From Pseudomonas aeruginosa PAO1 (GTDB taxonomy: Bacteria > Pseudomonadota > Gammaproteobacteria > Pseudomonadales > Pseudomonadaceae), in NCBI RefSeq assembly GCF_000006765.1, contig NC_002516.2: a stretch of 64,000 bases of DNA; one strand, written 5' to 3'. Below, piece by piece: positions 1 to 11,783 of this stretch; position 1 is the first letter of the stretch; every line of letters begins with the position of its first letter. The notes under the pieces are model-generated. The model ran no database searches. It worked only from the letters and a program-made list of their open reading frames with translations, and was not told the DNA's origin. The position numbers and the translations under genes are program-made.

Positions 1-1
1 G

Positions 2-709
2 GTCTGGCTGGAGTGCGGCGGCAAGAGTCCGAACCTGGTGTTCGCCGATTGCCGCGATCTTGACCTGGCGGCGGAAAAGGCCGCCTTCGGCATTTTCTTC
101 AACCAGGGCGAGGTCTGTTCGGCGAACTCGCGCTTGCTGGTGGAGCGTTCGATCCACGACGAGTTCGTCGAGCGCCTGCTGGCCAAGGCCCGCGACTGGC
201 AGCCGGGCGATCCGCTGGACCCGGCCAGCCGCGCCGGCGCCATCGTCGACCGCCGGCAGACCGCCGGGATTCTCGCCGCCATCGAGCGGGCGCAAGGCGA
301 GGGCGCGACCCTGCTCGGCGGTGGCCGCCAGTTGACGATCAACGGTTCGGACAACTTCATCGAACCGACCCTGTTCGGCGACGTACGCCCGGACATGCAG
401 CTGGCCCGCGAGGAAATCTTCGGTCCGGTGCTGGCGATCAGCGCCTTCGACTCCGAGGACGAGGCCATACGCCTGGCCAACGACAGCCGCTACGGCCTCG
501 CCGCCTCGCTGTGGAGCGACGACCTGCACCGTGCACACCGGGTGGCGCGGCGCTTGAATGCCGGAACGGTGTCGGTGAATACCGTGGACGCGCTGGACGT
601 CGCGGTGCCTTTCGGCGGCGGCAAGCAGTCCGGCTTCGGTCGCGACCTGTCGCTGCATTCCTTCGACAAGTACACCCAGTTGAAGACGACCTGGTTCCAG
701 TTGCGCTGA
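2..709 (+). CDS. hinD: Aldehyde dehydrogenase, 5' end outside window (PA0219-like, histamine/amine catabolism)
   Basis: Open frame from the window edge reads VWLECGGKSPN...NQGEVCSA (catalytic Cys)...EEIFGPV...PFGGGKQSGFG, all ALDH motifs; hin name comes from recalled synteny. Confidence 0.85.
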   Translation, partial: VWLECGGKSPNLVFADCRDLDLAAEKAAFGIFFNQGEVCSANSRLLVERSIHDEFVERLLAKARDWQPGDPLDPASRAGAIVDRRQTAGILAAIERAQGEGATLLGGGRQLTINGSDNFIEPTLFGDVRPDMQLAREEIFGPVLAISAFDSEDEAIRLANDSRYGLAASLWSDDLHRAHRVARRLNAGTVSVNTVDALDVAVPFGGGKQSGFGRDLSLHSFDKYTQLKTTWFQLR

Positions 710-766
710 AGACGCGACGGACGCGACACGACTCGATGCCGATAACGACAACAAGAGGACGATCGA

Positions 767-2200
767 ATGAACGACACGCCGAACGTGCGTGAGCCGGCCC
801 TGCGCCGCGTGCTCGGGCTGGGACCGCTGCTGGCGGTGGCCATCGGCCTGGTGGTTTCCCAGGGCGTGATGGTACTGATGCTGCAAGGCGCCGGGACGGC
901 CGGCCTCGGCTTCATCGTGCCGCTGGGAGTGGCCTACCTGCTGGCGCTGAGCTACGCCTTTTCCTTTTCCGAGCTGGCCCTGATGATTCCCCGCGCCGGT
1001 AGCCTGAGCAGCTACACCGAGGTGGCCATCGGGCATTTCCCGGCGATCCTGGCGACCTTTTCCGGCTACGTGGTGGTGGCGATGTTCGCCCTCTCGGCGG
1101 AACTGCTGCTGCTCGACCTGATCATCGGCAAGGTCTACCCCGGCGCGCTGCCGCCGATGCTGGTGGCCTACGGCGTGCTCGGCCTGTTCACCCTGCTCAA
1201 CCTGCTCGGCATCGACATCTTCGCGCGCCTGCAGAGCGCGCTGGCGCTGCTGATGATGATCGTCCTGCTGGTGCTCGGCCTGGGTGCGGTGAGCAGCGAC
1301 CACGCTTCCGCGCAGACCGCCCTGGCGAGCGGCTGGAACCCGCTCGGGGTAAGCGCCCTGGCGCTCACCGCGATGGCCGTGTGGGGCTTCGTCGGCGCCG
1401 AGTTCGTCTGCCCGCTGGTGGAGGAGACGCGGCGTCCGGAGCGCAACATCCCGCGTTCGATGATCCTCGGCCTGAGCATCATCTTCCTGACCATCGCCCT
1501 CTACTGCTTCGGTGCGCTGCTGTGCATCCCGCAGGCGGAACTGGCCGGCGACCCGCTGCCACACTTCCTCTTCGCCAACCGCGTGTTCGGCGAGTACGGC
1601 CAGCTGTTCCTGGTGATCGCCGCGATCACCGCCACCTGCAGCACCCTCAACTCGTCGCTGGCGGCGATCCCGCGGATGCTCTACGGGATGGCGCAGAACG
1701 GCCAGGCCTTCCCGCAATTCAAGCAGCTCAGCCGGCGGGCGCGCACGCCCTGGGTGGCGGTGCTGTTCGTCGCCGCGATCACCGGCCTGCCGATCCTGAT
1801 CCTCGGCCAGGACCCGGACTCGATCAACCTGCTGCTGCTCGCCGCCGCGCTGGCCTGGCTGCTGGCCTACATCATCGCCCACGTCGACGTGCTGGCCCTG
1901 CGCCGTCGCTATCCGCACATCGCCCGTCCGTTCCGCACGCCGTTCTACCCGCTGCCGCAACTGTTCGGCATCGCCGGGATGATCTACGCGGTGGTCCACG
2001 TCTCGCCGACCCCGGAAATGACCGGACGGATCTTCGCCAGCGCCGGCGTGGTGCTCGGCGTGGTCTCGCTGGTGGCGGTGGTGTGGATCAAGGGCGTGAT
2101 GCGCAAGCCCCTCTTCGTACCCGAACCGCTCGAGACGGCCGGTGAGACTGCCCAGGGCAAGTCCGTCGCCCTCGATCCCCTGCAATCCCCTTCGGCCTGA
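767..2200 (+). CDS. hinA: APC-family amino acid/amine permease (PA0220-like)
   Basis: 477 aa, about 12 hydrophobic segments, GFVGAEF and RMLYGMA APC motifs, GAGGA RBS. Confidence 0.85.
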   Translation: MNDTPNVREPALRRVLGLGPLLAVAIGLVVSQGVMVLMLQGAGTAGLGFIVPLGVAYLLALSYAFSFSELALMIPRAGSLSSYTEVAIGHFPAILATFSGYVVVAMFALSAELLLLDLIIGKVYPGALPPMLVAYGVLGLFTLLNLLGIDIFARLQSALALLMMIVLLVLGLGAVSSDHASAQTALASGWNPLGVSALALTAMAVWGFVGAEFVCPLVEETRRPERNIPRSMILGLSIIFLTIALYCFGALLCIPQAELAGDPLPHFLFANRVFGEYGQLFLVIAAITATCSTLNSSLAAIPRMLYGMAQNGQAFPQFKQLSRRARTPWVAVLFVAAITGLPILILGQDPDSINLLLLAAALAWLLAYIIAHVDVLALRRRYPHIARPFRTPFYPLPQLFGIAGMIYAVVHVSPTPEMTGRIFASAGVVLGVVSLVAVVWIKGVMRKPLFVPEPLETAGETAQGKSVALDPLQSPSA

Positions 2201-2230
2201 CGCGCCAAGGGAACAAGGAGAACACAGACG

Positions 2231-3613
2231 ATGACCGCTCAGCTCAACCCGCAGCGCGACACCCGCGACTACCAGCAACTGGACGCCGCGCACCACATCC
2301 ACGCCTTCCTCGACCAGAAGGCGCTGAACCGCGAAGGCCCGCGGGTGATGGTCCGCGGCGATGGCCTGCAGCTCTGGGACAACGACGGCAAGCGCTACCT
2401 GGACGGCATGTCCGGCCTCTGGTGCACCAACCTCGGCTACGGCCGCCAGGACCTCGCCGCCGCCGCCAGCCGCCAGCTGGAACAACTGCCGTACTACAAC
2501 ATGTTCTTCCACACCACCCACCCGGCGGTGGTGGAGCTTTCCGAGATGCTCTTCAGCCTGCTGCCGGACCACTACAGCCACGCGATCTACACCAACTCCG
2601 GCTCCGAGGCCAACGAGGTGCTGATCCGTACCGTGCGGCGCTACTGGCAGATCCTCGGCAAGCCGCAGAAGAAGATCATGATCGGCCGCTGGAACGGCTA
2701 CCACGGCTCGACCCTGGGCAGCACCGCGCTCGGCGGGATGAAGTTCATGCACGAGATGGGCGGCATGCTGCCGGACTTCGCCCACATCGACGAACCCTAC
2801 TGGTACGCCAACGGCGGCGAGCTGAGCCCGGCCGAGTTCGGTCGCCGCGCGGCGCTGCAACTGGAGGAGAAGATCCTCGAACTGGGCGCGGAGAACGTCG
2901 CCGCCTTCGTCGCCGAGCCCTTCCAGGGCGCCGGCGGCATGATCTTCCCGCCGCAAAGCTATTGGCCGGAGATCCAGCGCATCTGCCGGCAGTACGACGT
3001 GCTGCTGTGCGCCGACGAAGTGATCGGCGGCTTCGGCCGCACCGGCGAATGGTTCGCCCACGAACACTTCGGCTTCCAGCCGGACACCCTGTCCATCGCC
3101 AAGGGCCTGACGTCCGGCTACATCCCCATGGGCGGCCTGGTACTCGGCAAGCGCATCGCCGAGGTGCTGGTGGAGCAGGGCGGGGTGTTCGCCCACGGCC
3201 TGACCTATTCCGGCCACCCGGTGGCGGCGGCGGTGGCCATCGCCAACCTCAAGGCGCTGCGCGACGAGGGCGTGGTCACGCGGGTCAGGGAGGAGACCGG
3301 CCCCTACCTGCAACGCTGCCTGCGCGAGGTCTTCGGCGACCATCCGCTGGTCGGCGAGGTCCAGGGCGCCGGCTTCGTCGCCGCGCTGCAGTTCGCCGAG
3401 GACAAGGTGACCCGCAAGCGCTTCGCCAACGAGAACGATCTGGCCTGGCGCTGCCGCACCATCGGCTTCGAGGAGGGCGTGATCATCCGCTCCACCCTCG
3501 GCCGCATGATCATGGCCCCGGCGCTGGTGGCCGGGCGTGCCGAGATCGACGAACTGATCGACAAGACCCGTATCGCGGTGGATCGCACCGCGCGCGAGAT
3601 CGGCGTGCTCTGA
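2231..3613 (+). CDS. hinC: Class III PLP aminotransferase (amine:pyruvate type, PA0221-like)
   Basis: YLDGMSGLW, SGSEANE, YHGST, DEVIGGFGRTG, SIAKG (PLP Lys) motifs. Confidence 0.88.
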   Translation: MTAQLNPQRDTRDYQQLDAAHHIHAFLDQKALNREGPRVMVRGDGLQLWDNDGKRYLDGMSGLWCTNLGYGRQDLAAAASRQLEQLPYYNMFFHTTHPAVVELSEMLFSLLPDHYSHAIYTNSGSEANEVLIRTVRRYWQILGKPQKKIMIGRWNGYHGSTLGSTALGGMKFMHEMGGMLPDFAHIDEPYWYANGGELSPAEFGRRAALQLEEKILELGAENVAAFVAEPFQGAGGMIFPPQSYWPEIQRICRQYDVLLCADEVIGGFGRTGEWFAHEHFGFQPDTLSIAKGLTSGYIPMGGLVLGKRIAEVLVEQGGVFAHGLTYSGHPVAAAVAIANLKALRDEGVVTRVREETGPYLQRCLREVFGDHPLVGEVQGAGFVAALQFAEDKVTRKRFANENDLAWRCRTIGFEEGVIIRSTLGRMIMAPALVAGRAEIDELIDKTRIAVDRTAREIGVL

Positions 3614-3776
3614 CGCGCCCCGGCGGCCCGGCCTCGGCCGGGTCGCCTGCGACACGGAGCGTCCCCCCATAACGACGATGCGGCGCCTGGCGACCGCGCG
3701 CGGAACCGTTTCGGCCTCTGGTCGGCAACTGCCTCAGCAACATCACAACAATGCCAATCGGCTGTGGGAGTGTTCC

Positions 3777-4835
3777 ATGTTCAAGTCCTTGCACCAGTAC
3801 GCACACGTGTTTTCCCGGTTGTCCCTGTTCGGCCTGGCGTTCGCCGCGGCGGCCCAGGCGCAGAGCCAGAGCCTGACTGTGATCTCCTTCGGCGGCGCGA
3901 CCAAGGCCGCCCAGGAACAGGCCTATTTCAAACCCTTCGAGCGAAGCGGCGGCGGGCAGGTGGTCGCCGGCGAATACAACGGCGAAATGGCCAAGGTGAA
4001 GGCCATGGTCGACGTCGGCAAGGTCAGCTGGGACGTGGTCGAGGTGGAGAGCCCCGAACTGCTCCGCGGCTGCGACGAGGGGCTGTTCGAACGCCTCGAC
4101 CCGGCGCGTTTCGGCGACCCCGCGCAGTTCGTCCCCGGCACTTTCAGCGAGTGCGGGGTGGCCACCTACGTCTGGTCGATGGTGATGGCCTACGACTCGA
4201 CGAAGCTGGCCAGGGCGCCGCAGTCCTGGGCGGATTTCTGGAACGTCCGCGAGTTCCCCGGCAAGCGTGGCCTGCGCAAGGGCGCCAAGTACACCCTGGA
4301 AGTGGCGTTGCTGGCCGACGGGGTGAAGGCGGAGGACCTCTACAAGGTACTTGCCACCCCGGAGGGGGTCAGCCGCGCCTTCGCCAAGCTCGACCAGCTC
4401 AAGCCGAACATCCAGTGGTGGGAGGCCGGCGCCCAGCCGCCGCAATGGCTGGCGGCCGGCGACGTGGTGATGAGCGCGGCCTACAACGGGCGCATCGCCG
4501 CTGCGCAGAAGGAGGGGGTGAAACTGGCCATCGTCTGGCCCGGCAGTCTCTACGATCCGGAGTACTGGGCGGTGGTGAAGGGCACGCCGAACAAGGCGCT
4601 GGCGGAGAAATTCATCGCCTTCGCCAGCCAGCCGCAGACGCAGAAGGTGTTCTCCGAGCAGATCCCCTACGGGCCGGTACACAAGGGCACCCTGGCGTTG
4701 CTGCCGAAGACGGTGCAGGAGGCGCTGCCGACCGCGCCGGCCAACCTCGAAGGCGCGCGGGCGGTGGATGCCGAGTTTTGGGTGGACCACGGCGAGGAGC
4801 TGGAACAGCGTTTCAATGCCTGGGCGGCGCGCTGA
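3777..4835 (+). CDS. Periplasmic solute-binding protein, PotD/GABA-binding family (PA0222-like)
   Basis: ATG after GGGAG; signal peptide ending AAAAQA; SFGG, WDVVEVE, AYNGR motifs. Confidence 0.85.
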   Translation: MFKSLHQYAHVFSRLSLFGLAFAAAAQAQSQSLTVISFGGATKAAQEQAYFKPFERSGGGQVVAGEYNGEMAKVKAMVDVGKVSWDVVEVESPELLRGCDEGLFERLDPARFGDPAQFVPGTFSECGVATYVWSMVMAYDSTKLARAPQSWADFWNVREFPGKRGLRKGAKYTLEVALLADGVKAEDLYKVLATPEGVSRAFAKLDQLKPNIQWWEAGAQPPQWLAAGDVVMSAAYNGRIAAAQKEGVKLAIVWPGSLYDPEYWAVVKGTPNKALAEKFIAFASQPQTQKVFSEQIPYGPVHKGTLALLPKTVQEALPTAPANLEGARAVDAEFWVDHGEELEQRFNAWAAR

Positions 4836-4852
4836 GCGCGCTGCGCGTCGGC

Positions 4853-4890
4853 AAAAAAAACGACGGGCCCCAAGTCGTCCGGGCCCGTCG
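4853..4890 (-). terminator. Rho-independent terminator between convergent genes
   Basis: CGACGGGCCC/GGGCCCGTCG 10-bp stem preceded by A8 (U-tract on minus strand). Confidence 0.8.
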
Positions 4891-4912
4891 GGTCAAAGCG
4901 CTGACGGGGTGA

Positions 4913-5794
4913 TCAGCGCAGCTCTTCCAACAACCCCTGCAGATACCGACAGCCCTCGGTATCCAGCGCCTGCACCGGAAGGCGCGGCGCCCCCACCTCC
5001 AGGCCGGAGAGGCCCAGGCCGGCCTTGATGGTGGTCGGCAGGCCCCGGCGGAGGATGAAGTCGAGCAGCGGCAACTGCCGGTAGAACAGCGCGCGGGCCT
5101 TCTCCAGGTCGCCGTCGAGCACCGCCTGGTAGAGCTGGCCGTTGAGCGTCGGGATCAGGTTCGGCGCGGCGCTGCACCAGCCTTTCGCGCCGGCCACGAA
5201 GGCCTCCAGCGCCAGCGGGTTGCAGCCGTTGTAGAAGGGCACCCGGCCTTCGCCGAGCAGGCGCAGCTTGTGCATGCGCTGGATGTCGCCGGTGCTCTCC
5301 TTGACCATGGTCACGTTGTCCACTTCGCGGACGATGCGCAGGATCAGTTCCACCGACATGTCGATGCCGCTGGTGCCCGGGTTGTTGTAGAGCATCACCG
5401 GCACGCCGATGGCTTCGCCCACCGCGCGGTAGTGCTGGAACACTTCCGCCTCGTTGAGCTTCCAGTAGGAGATCGGCAGGACCATCACCGCCTCGGCGCC
5501 GAGGGATTCGGCGAACTGCGCGCGGCGCACGGTCTTGGCGGTGGTCAGGTCGGAGACGCTGACGATGGTCGGCACGCGATGGGCGACGGTCTTCAGGGTG
5601 AAGTCGACCACCTCGTCCCATTCCGGGTCGCTCAGGTAGGCGCCTTCGCCGGTGCTGCCGAGCGGGGCGATGGCGTGCACGCCGCCGTCGATCAGGCGCT
5701 CGATGGAGCGGCCGAGGGCCGGCAGGTCGAGACCTCCGTCGGCGGCGAAGGGGGTGATGGTGTAGCCGATGATGCCGTGGATGGATGCGGACAT
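4913..5794 (-). CDS. DapA/NAL-family (class I) aldolase (PA0223-like)
   Basis: Start MSASIHGII; GSTGE, YNNP and KES (Schiff-base Lys) motifs; 293 aa. Confidence 0.88.
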   Translation of the reverse strand: MSASIHGIIGYTITPFAADGGLDLPALGRSIERLIDGGVHAIAPLGSTGEGAYLSDPEWDEVVDFTLKTVAHRVPTIVSVSDLTTAKTVRRAQFAESLGAEAVMVLPISYWKLNEAEVFQHYRAVGEAIGVPVMLYNNPGTSGIDMSVELILRIVREVDNVTMVKESTGDIQRMHKLRLLGEGRVPFYNGCNPLALEAFVAGAKGWCSAAPNLIPTLNGQLYQAVLDGDLEKARALFYRQLPLLDFILRRGLPTTIKAGLGLSGLEVGAPRLPVQALDTEGCRYLQGLLEELR

Positions 5795-5853
5795 TGGATG
5801 TACCCGTGACATTGAGTGGGAAATGCCAGGACGGACCTGGTGGGAAAGGTCGT

Positions 5854-6636
5854 TCAGCTCAGGCAGTCGCTGTTGCGCGGCAGGCAGCGCCGGGCGTAGT
5901 AGTTGAATGCGGCGCCGTGGCGCTTCGGGGTGGAGATCCAGTCGTGGGCCTCGCGCGCCAGGGCCGGCGGGATCGGCTTGATCTCCCCGGCGGCCATCGC
6001 CAGCAACTGCATCTTCGCCGCGCGCTCGAGCAGCACCGCGATCACGCAGGCCTCCTCGATGCTTGCACCGGTGGCCAGCAGGCCGTGATGGGAGAGCAGG
6101 ATGGCGCGCTTGTCGCCGAGGGCGGCGGAGATGATCTCGCCTTCCTCGTTGCCTACCGGCACGCCCGGCCAGTCCTTGAGGAAGGCGCAGTCGTCGTATA
6201 GCGGGCAAAGGTCCATGTGCGAGACCTGCAGCGGTACTTCCAGGGTCGACAGCGCGGCGATGTGCAGCGGGTGGGTGTGGATGATGCAGTTGACGTCCGG
6301 GCGGGCGCGATAGACCCAGCTGTGGAAGCGATTGGCCGGATTCGCCATGCCGTGCCCGTGGAGGACGTTGAGGTCTTCGTCGACCAGCAGCAGGTTGCCG
6401 GCGCTGATCTCGTCGAAGCCCAGGCCCAGTTGCTGGGTGTAGTAGGTCCCCGCCTCCGGGCCGCGCGAGGTGATCTGCCCGGCGAGCCCGGAGTCGTGGC
6501 CGGCCTCGAAGAGAATCCGGCAGGTCAGGGCCAGCTTTTGCCGGTCAGTCCACGTATTATCGCCGAGGCTGCTTTTCATCTGCTTCAGCGCGTGCTGGAT
6601 CAGTTGATCCTTGGGTAATTCCAGTGTCGTAGCCAT
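5854..6636 (-). CDS. Class II aldolase/adducin family protein (PA0224-like)
   Basis: Start MATTLELP after AGGA; FHSWVY, IIHTH, LLSHHGL metal-binding His motifs. Confidence 0.88.
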   Translation of the reverse strand: MATTLELPKDQLIQHALKQMKSSLGDNTWTDRQKLALTCRILFEAGHDSGLAGQITSRGPEAGTYYTQQLGLGFDEISAGNLLLVDEDLNVLHGHGMANPANRFHSWVYRARPDVNCIIHTHPLHIAALSTLEVPLQVSHMDLCPLYDDCAFLKDWPGVPVGNEEGEIISAALGDKRAILLSHHGLLATGASIEEACVIAVLLERAAKMQLLAMAAGEIKPIPPALAREAHDWISTPKRHGAAFNYYARRCLPRNSDCLS

Positions 6637-6709
6637 GCGAGGTTCCTTTGACGGAGCGAGTCGGGGGAAACGCCAGGCAGTTGCGCGCCACGCAACGACC
6701 CGGCTGTAA

Positions 6710-6745
6710 ATGACACGGATCAAGTTATATGACACAAAGTGTCAT
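6710..6745. promoter_or_regulatory. Palindromic operator ATGACAC-AAA-GTGTCAT plus an upstream ATGACAC half-site
   Basis: Perfect 17-bp palindrome at 6729-6745, half-site at 6710-6716, in the divergent gap between the aldolase operon and the XRE regulator. Confidence 0.65.
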
Positions 6746-6790
6746 TAGCAAGAGAAAAGTTTCATCGCCATCGGGAGAAGGCTGTCCTCA

Positions 6791-7330
6791 ATGTCCATGC
6801 GCTTGAAATTGCTGAGAAAAAAACTCGGGGTCACGCTGGAGACCCTGGCCGAGAAGACCGGCCTGACCAAGAGCTACCTGTCCAAGGTCGAGCGCGGGCT
6901 GAACACGCCGTCCATTGCCGCCGCGCTGAAGCTGGCGAAGGCGTTGAACGTGCAGGTGGAGGAGCTGTTCTCCGAGGAAAGCGACGGTGTCGACGGCTAC
7001 AGCATCGTTCGTCGCGACCAGCGCAAGTCGCTGTCCAGCGGCGACGACGGCCCGGCCTACGCCTCCCTCGCGCAGCAGATCGGCGCCCGCGCGCTGTTGC
7101 CGTTCATCGTCCACCCCCCGCGCGATTTCAGTCACTCGACGTTCAAGGAGCACCTCGGCGAAGAGTTCATCTTCGTCCATGAGGGCCAGGTCGAGGTCGA
7201 CTTCATGAACCAGCGGATCATCCTCGAGCGCGGCGACGCCCTGCATTTCAACGCACAGAAGCCGCACCGCATCCGCTCCCTGGGGGAGACCCAGGCGGAA
7301 TTGCTGGTGGTGATCCACAGCGACGAATGA
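6791..7330 (+). CDS. XRE HTH + cupin transcriptional regulator (PA0225-like)
   Basis: N-terminal LETLAEKTGLTKSYLSKVERG HTH; C-terminal HLGEEFIFVHEG cupin. Confidence 0.9.
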   Translation: MSMRLKLLRKKLGVTLETLAEKTGLTKSYLSKVERGLNTPSIAAALKLAKALNVQVEELFSEESDGVDGYSIVRRDQRKSLSSGDDGPAYASLAQQIGARALLPFIVHPPRDFSHSTFKEHLGEEFIFVHEGQVEVDFMNQRIILERGDALHFNAQKPHRIRSLGETQAELLVVIHSDE

Positions 7331-7369
7331 GGCGGCGGCTTCGGTCGATCGGATGCTTGCTAACGTTAT

Positions 7370-7403
7370 GTTCGATTATCGAACTGTTAATCGATTATCG
7401 GAT
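7370..7403 (+). promoter_or_regulatory. Tandem PcaR/PobR(IclR)-type operator upstream of pcaI
   Basis: GTTCGATTATCGAAC-4 nt-AATCGATTATCGGAT; first site a perfect palindrome resembling the PcaR box GTTCGATAATCGCAC. Confidence 0.75.
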
Positions 7404-7480
7404 TGTGAGCCCTCGGACCCCGGCGTAAGGTTCTCGTCACGTGCCGTCCAGGCAGCGCACAACAAGACGAGACCCGACCG

Positions 7481-8332
7481 ATGGCTGAAATCCTCTCCCT
7501 GCGCGAAGCGGTGCGACGCTTCGTCCACGATGGCGACAGCGTCGCCCTCGAAGGCTTCACTCACCTGATCCCGACGGCCGCCGGCCACGAGCTGATCCGC
7601 CAGGGCAGGAAAGACCTGACGCTGATCCGCATGACTCCCGACCTGGTCTACGACCTGCTGATCGGTGCAGGCTGCGCGAAGAAGCTGGTGTTCTCCTGGG
7701 GCGGCAACCCCGGCGTCGGTTCGCTGCACCGCCTGCGCGACGCGGTGGAGAAGGGCTGGCCGCAACCGCTGGAGATCGAGGAACACAGCCACGCCGACCT
7801 CGCCAACGCCTATGTCGCCGGCGCCTCCGGGCTGCCCTTCGCAGTGCTGCGCGCCTACGCCGGCTCCGACCTGCCGAAGGTCAACCCGCTGATCCGCAGC
7901 GTCACCTGCCCGTTCACCGGCGAAGTGCTGGCGGCGGTGCCCTCGGTGCGTCCGGACGTCAGCGTGATCCACGCGCAGAAGGCCGACCGCAAGGGCAACG
8001 TGCTGCTCTGGGGCATCCTCGGCGTGCAGAAGGAAGCGGCCCTGGCGGCGAAGCGCTGCATCGTCACCGTCGAGGAGATCGTCGACGAACTGGACGCCCC
8101 GATGAACGCCTGCGTCCTGCCGAGCTGGGCGCTCAGCGCCGTGTGCCTGGTGCCCGGCGGCGCGCATCCGTCCTATGCCCACGGCTACTACGAGCGCGAC
8201 AACCGCTTCTACCAGGACTGGGACCCGATCGCCCGCGACCGCGAAAGCTTCACCGCGTGGATCGACGAATACATCCGGGGGACCGAGGATTTCGGGGCCT
8301 TCCAGGCCAAGCTCGCGGAGGGCAAGCGATGA
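7481..8332 (+). CDS. pcaI: 3-oxoadipate CoA-transferase subunit A
   Basis: [17 protein letters not shown] motifs; first gene of pca operon. Confidence 0.9.
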   Translation: MAEILSLREAVRRFVHDGDSVALEGFTHLIPTAAGHELIRQGRKDLTLIRMTPDLVYDLLIGAGCAKKLVFSWGGNPGVGSLHRLRDAVEKGWPQPLEIEEHSHADLANAYVAGASGLPFAVLRAYAGSDLPKVNPLIRSVTCPFTGEVLAAVPSVRPDVSVIHAQKADRKGNVLLWGILGVQKEAALAAKRCIVTVEEIVDELDAPMNACVLPSWALSAVCLVPGGAHPSYAHGYYERDNRFYQDWDPIARDRESFTAWIDEYIRGTEDFGAFQAKLAEGKR

Positions 8333-9107
8333 GCAGCTACAGCACCAACGAGATGATGACCGTGGCCGCCGCCCGCCGCCTGCACAACGGCGCGGTGTGC
8401 TTCGTCGGCATCGGCCTGCCGTCGAAGGCCGCCAACCTGGCGCGCCTGACTTCCTCGCCGGACGTCGTGCTGATCTACGAGTCCGGGCCGATCGGCGCCA
8501 AGCCCAGCGTCCTGCCGCTGTCCATCGGCGACGGCGAGTTGGCCGAGACCGCCGATACCGTGGTCCCCACCGGCGAGATCTTCCGCTACTGGCTGCAGGG
8601 CGGACGGATCGACGTCGGCTTCCTCGGCGCGGCCCAGGTCGACCGCTTCGGCAACATCAACACCACCGTGATCGGCGACTACCGCCAGCCCAAGGTGCGC
8701 CTGCCGGGAGCCGGCGGCGCGCCGGAAATCGCCGGCAGCGCCAAGGAAGTACTGATCATCCTCAAGCAGTCGCACCGCACCTTCGTCGACAAGCTGGCCT
8801 TCGTCACCTCGGTCGGCCATGGCGAGGGCGGCGACTCGCGCCAGCGCCTGGGCCTGCCGGGCAAGGGGCCGGTGGCGATCATCACCGACCTGTGCATCAT
8901 GGAGCCGGAAGCCGGCAGCAACGAGTTCGTGGTCACTTCGCTGCATCCGGGCGTGACCCGCGAGCAGGTGGTCGAGGCCACCGGCTGGGCGATCCGCTTC
9001 GCCGAGCGGGTCGCCGAGACGCCCGCGCCGAGCGAGGTCGAACTCGCCGCGCTGCGCGACCTCGAGGCGCGCACCGCGGCCGCCCATGGACAGAAGGGGA
9101 GCGACGA

Positions 9108-9111
<4 letters not shown>
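8329..9111 (+). CDS. pcaJ: 3-oxoadipate CoA-transferase subunit B
   Basis: ATGA overlap with pcaI; IYESG (catalytic Glu), LPGAGGAPE. Confidence 0.9.
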
Positions 9112-10313
<1,202 letters not shown>

Positions 10314-10462
10314 CTGGCACAACCGGGTCGCCCGCCCGGTATCAAGAGCGCGCGTCGCGCGGCGCTGCCCATGTTTCGGCGGCGGCGCGGCGCGTGTGCA
10401 GCGGAACAGGACGCTCCGTCGCACGGTCAGGATGAAACGGACCCTGTCGAGAGAACAACAGC

Positions 10463-11761
10463 ATGACTGCCCCTGTTCACCAGTACAGCAACGAAGAACG
10501 CCGCAAGCGCATCTTCGCCATCGTCGGCGCCTCCTCCGGCAACCTCGTGGAATGGTTCGACTTCTACGTCTACGCCTTCTGCGCGATCTACTTCGCACCG
10601 GCCTTCTTCCCCTCCGACAACCCCACGGTGCAGTTGCTGAACACCGCCGGGGTCTTCGCCGCCGGCTTCCTCATGCGCCCCATCGGCGGCTGGATGTTCG
10701 GCCGCATCGCCGACAAGCACGGGCGCAAGACCGCCATGCTGATCTCGGTGGTGATGATGTGCGCCGGCTCCCTGGCGATCGCCTGCATGCCCACCTACGC
10801 CAGCATCGGCACCCTGGCGCCGGCGCTGCTGTTGCTGGCGCGGATGTTCCAGGGCCTGTCGGTGGGCGGCGAGTACGGCACCAGCGCGACCTACATGAGC
10901 GAGGTGGCGCTCAAGGGCCAGCGCGGCTTCTTCGCCTCGTTCCAGTACGTCACCCTGATCGGCGGACAGTTGCTGGCGGTGCTGGTGGTGGTGATCCTGC
11001 AGCAGTTGCTGAGCGAAGACGAACTGCGCGCCTGGGGCTGGCGGATTCCCTTCGTGATCGGCGCGATCACCGCGGTGATCGCCCTCTGGCTGCGGCGCTC
11101 GCTGAACGAGACCGCTTCGAAGTCGACCCTGGAGCGCAAGGAATCCGGCACCTTCGCCGAGCTGTTCAAGCACAAGCGGGCCTTCTTCACCGTGCTCGGC
11201 TTCACCGCCGGCGGCTCGCTGATCTTCTACACCTTCACCACCTACATGCAGAAGTACCTGGTCAACACCGCCGGGATGAGCGCCAAGACCGCCAGCGCGG
11301 TGATGACCTTCGCCCTGCTGGCGTACATGCTGATGCAACCGCTGTTCGGCATGCTTTCCGATCGCATCGGGCGCAAGACCTCGATGCTCTGGTTCGGCAC
11401 CCTGGGCACGCTCTGCACCCTGCCGATCCTGCTCGCGCTGAAGACCGTGAGCAGTCCCTACATGGCCTTCTTCCTGATCATCCTGGCGCTGGCCATCGTC
11501 AGCCTGTACACCTCCATCAGCGGCCTGATCAAGGCCGAGATGTTCCCGCCGGAGGTGCGCGCCCTCGGCGTCGGAGTGTCCTACGCGGTGGGCAACGCGA
11601 TCTTCGGCGGCTCGGCCGAGTACGTCGCCCTGGGGCTGAAGTCGGTAGGGATGGAGAACGTCTTCTACTGGTATGTTTCAGCCATGTGCCTGCTGGCGCT
11701 GCTGGTCTGCGTGAGCCTGCCGGACCTGCGCAAGGTCAGCTACCTGAACGACGAGCCCTGA
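10463..11761 (+). CDS. pcaT: MFS dicarboxylate/beta-ketoadipate transporter
   Basis: MHS family: [20 protein letters not shown]; within pca operon. Confidence 0.88.
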   Translation: MTAPVHQYSNEERRKRIFAIVGASSGNLVEWFDFYVYAFCAIYFAPAFFPSDNPTVQLLNTAGVFAAGFLMRPIGGWMFGRIADKHGRKTAMLISVVMMCAGSLAIACMPTYASIGTLAPALLLLARMFQGLSVGGEYGTSATYMSEVALKGQRGFFASFQYVTLIGGQLLAVLVVVILQQLLSEDELRAWGWRIPFVIGAITAVIALWLRRSLNETASKSTLERKESGTFAELFKHKRAFFTVLGFTAGGSLIFYTFTTYMQKYLVNTAGMSAKTASAVMTFALLAYMLMQPLFGMLSDRIGRKTSMLWFGTLGTLCTLPILLALKTVSSPYMAFFLIILALAIVSLYTSISGLIKAEMFPPEVRALGVGVSYAVGNAIFGGSAEYVALGLKSVGMENVFYWYVSAMCLLALLVCVSLPDLRKVSYLNDEP

Positions 11762-11783
11762 CGGGCCGGGAAAAGGAAAACCG

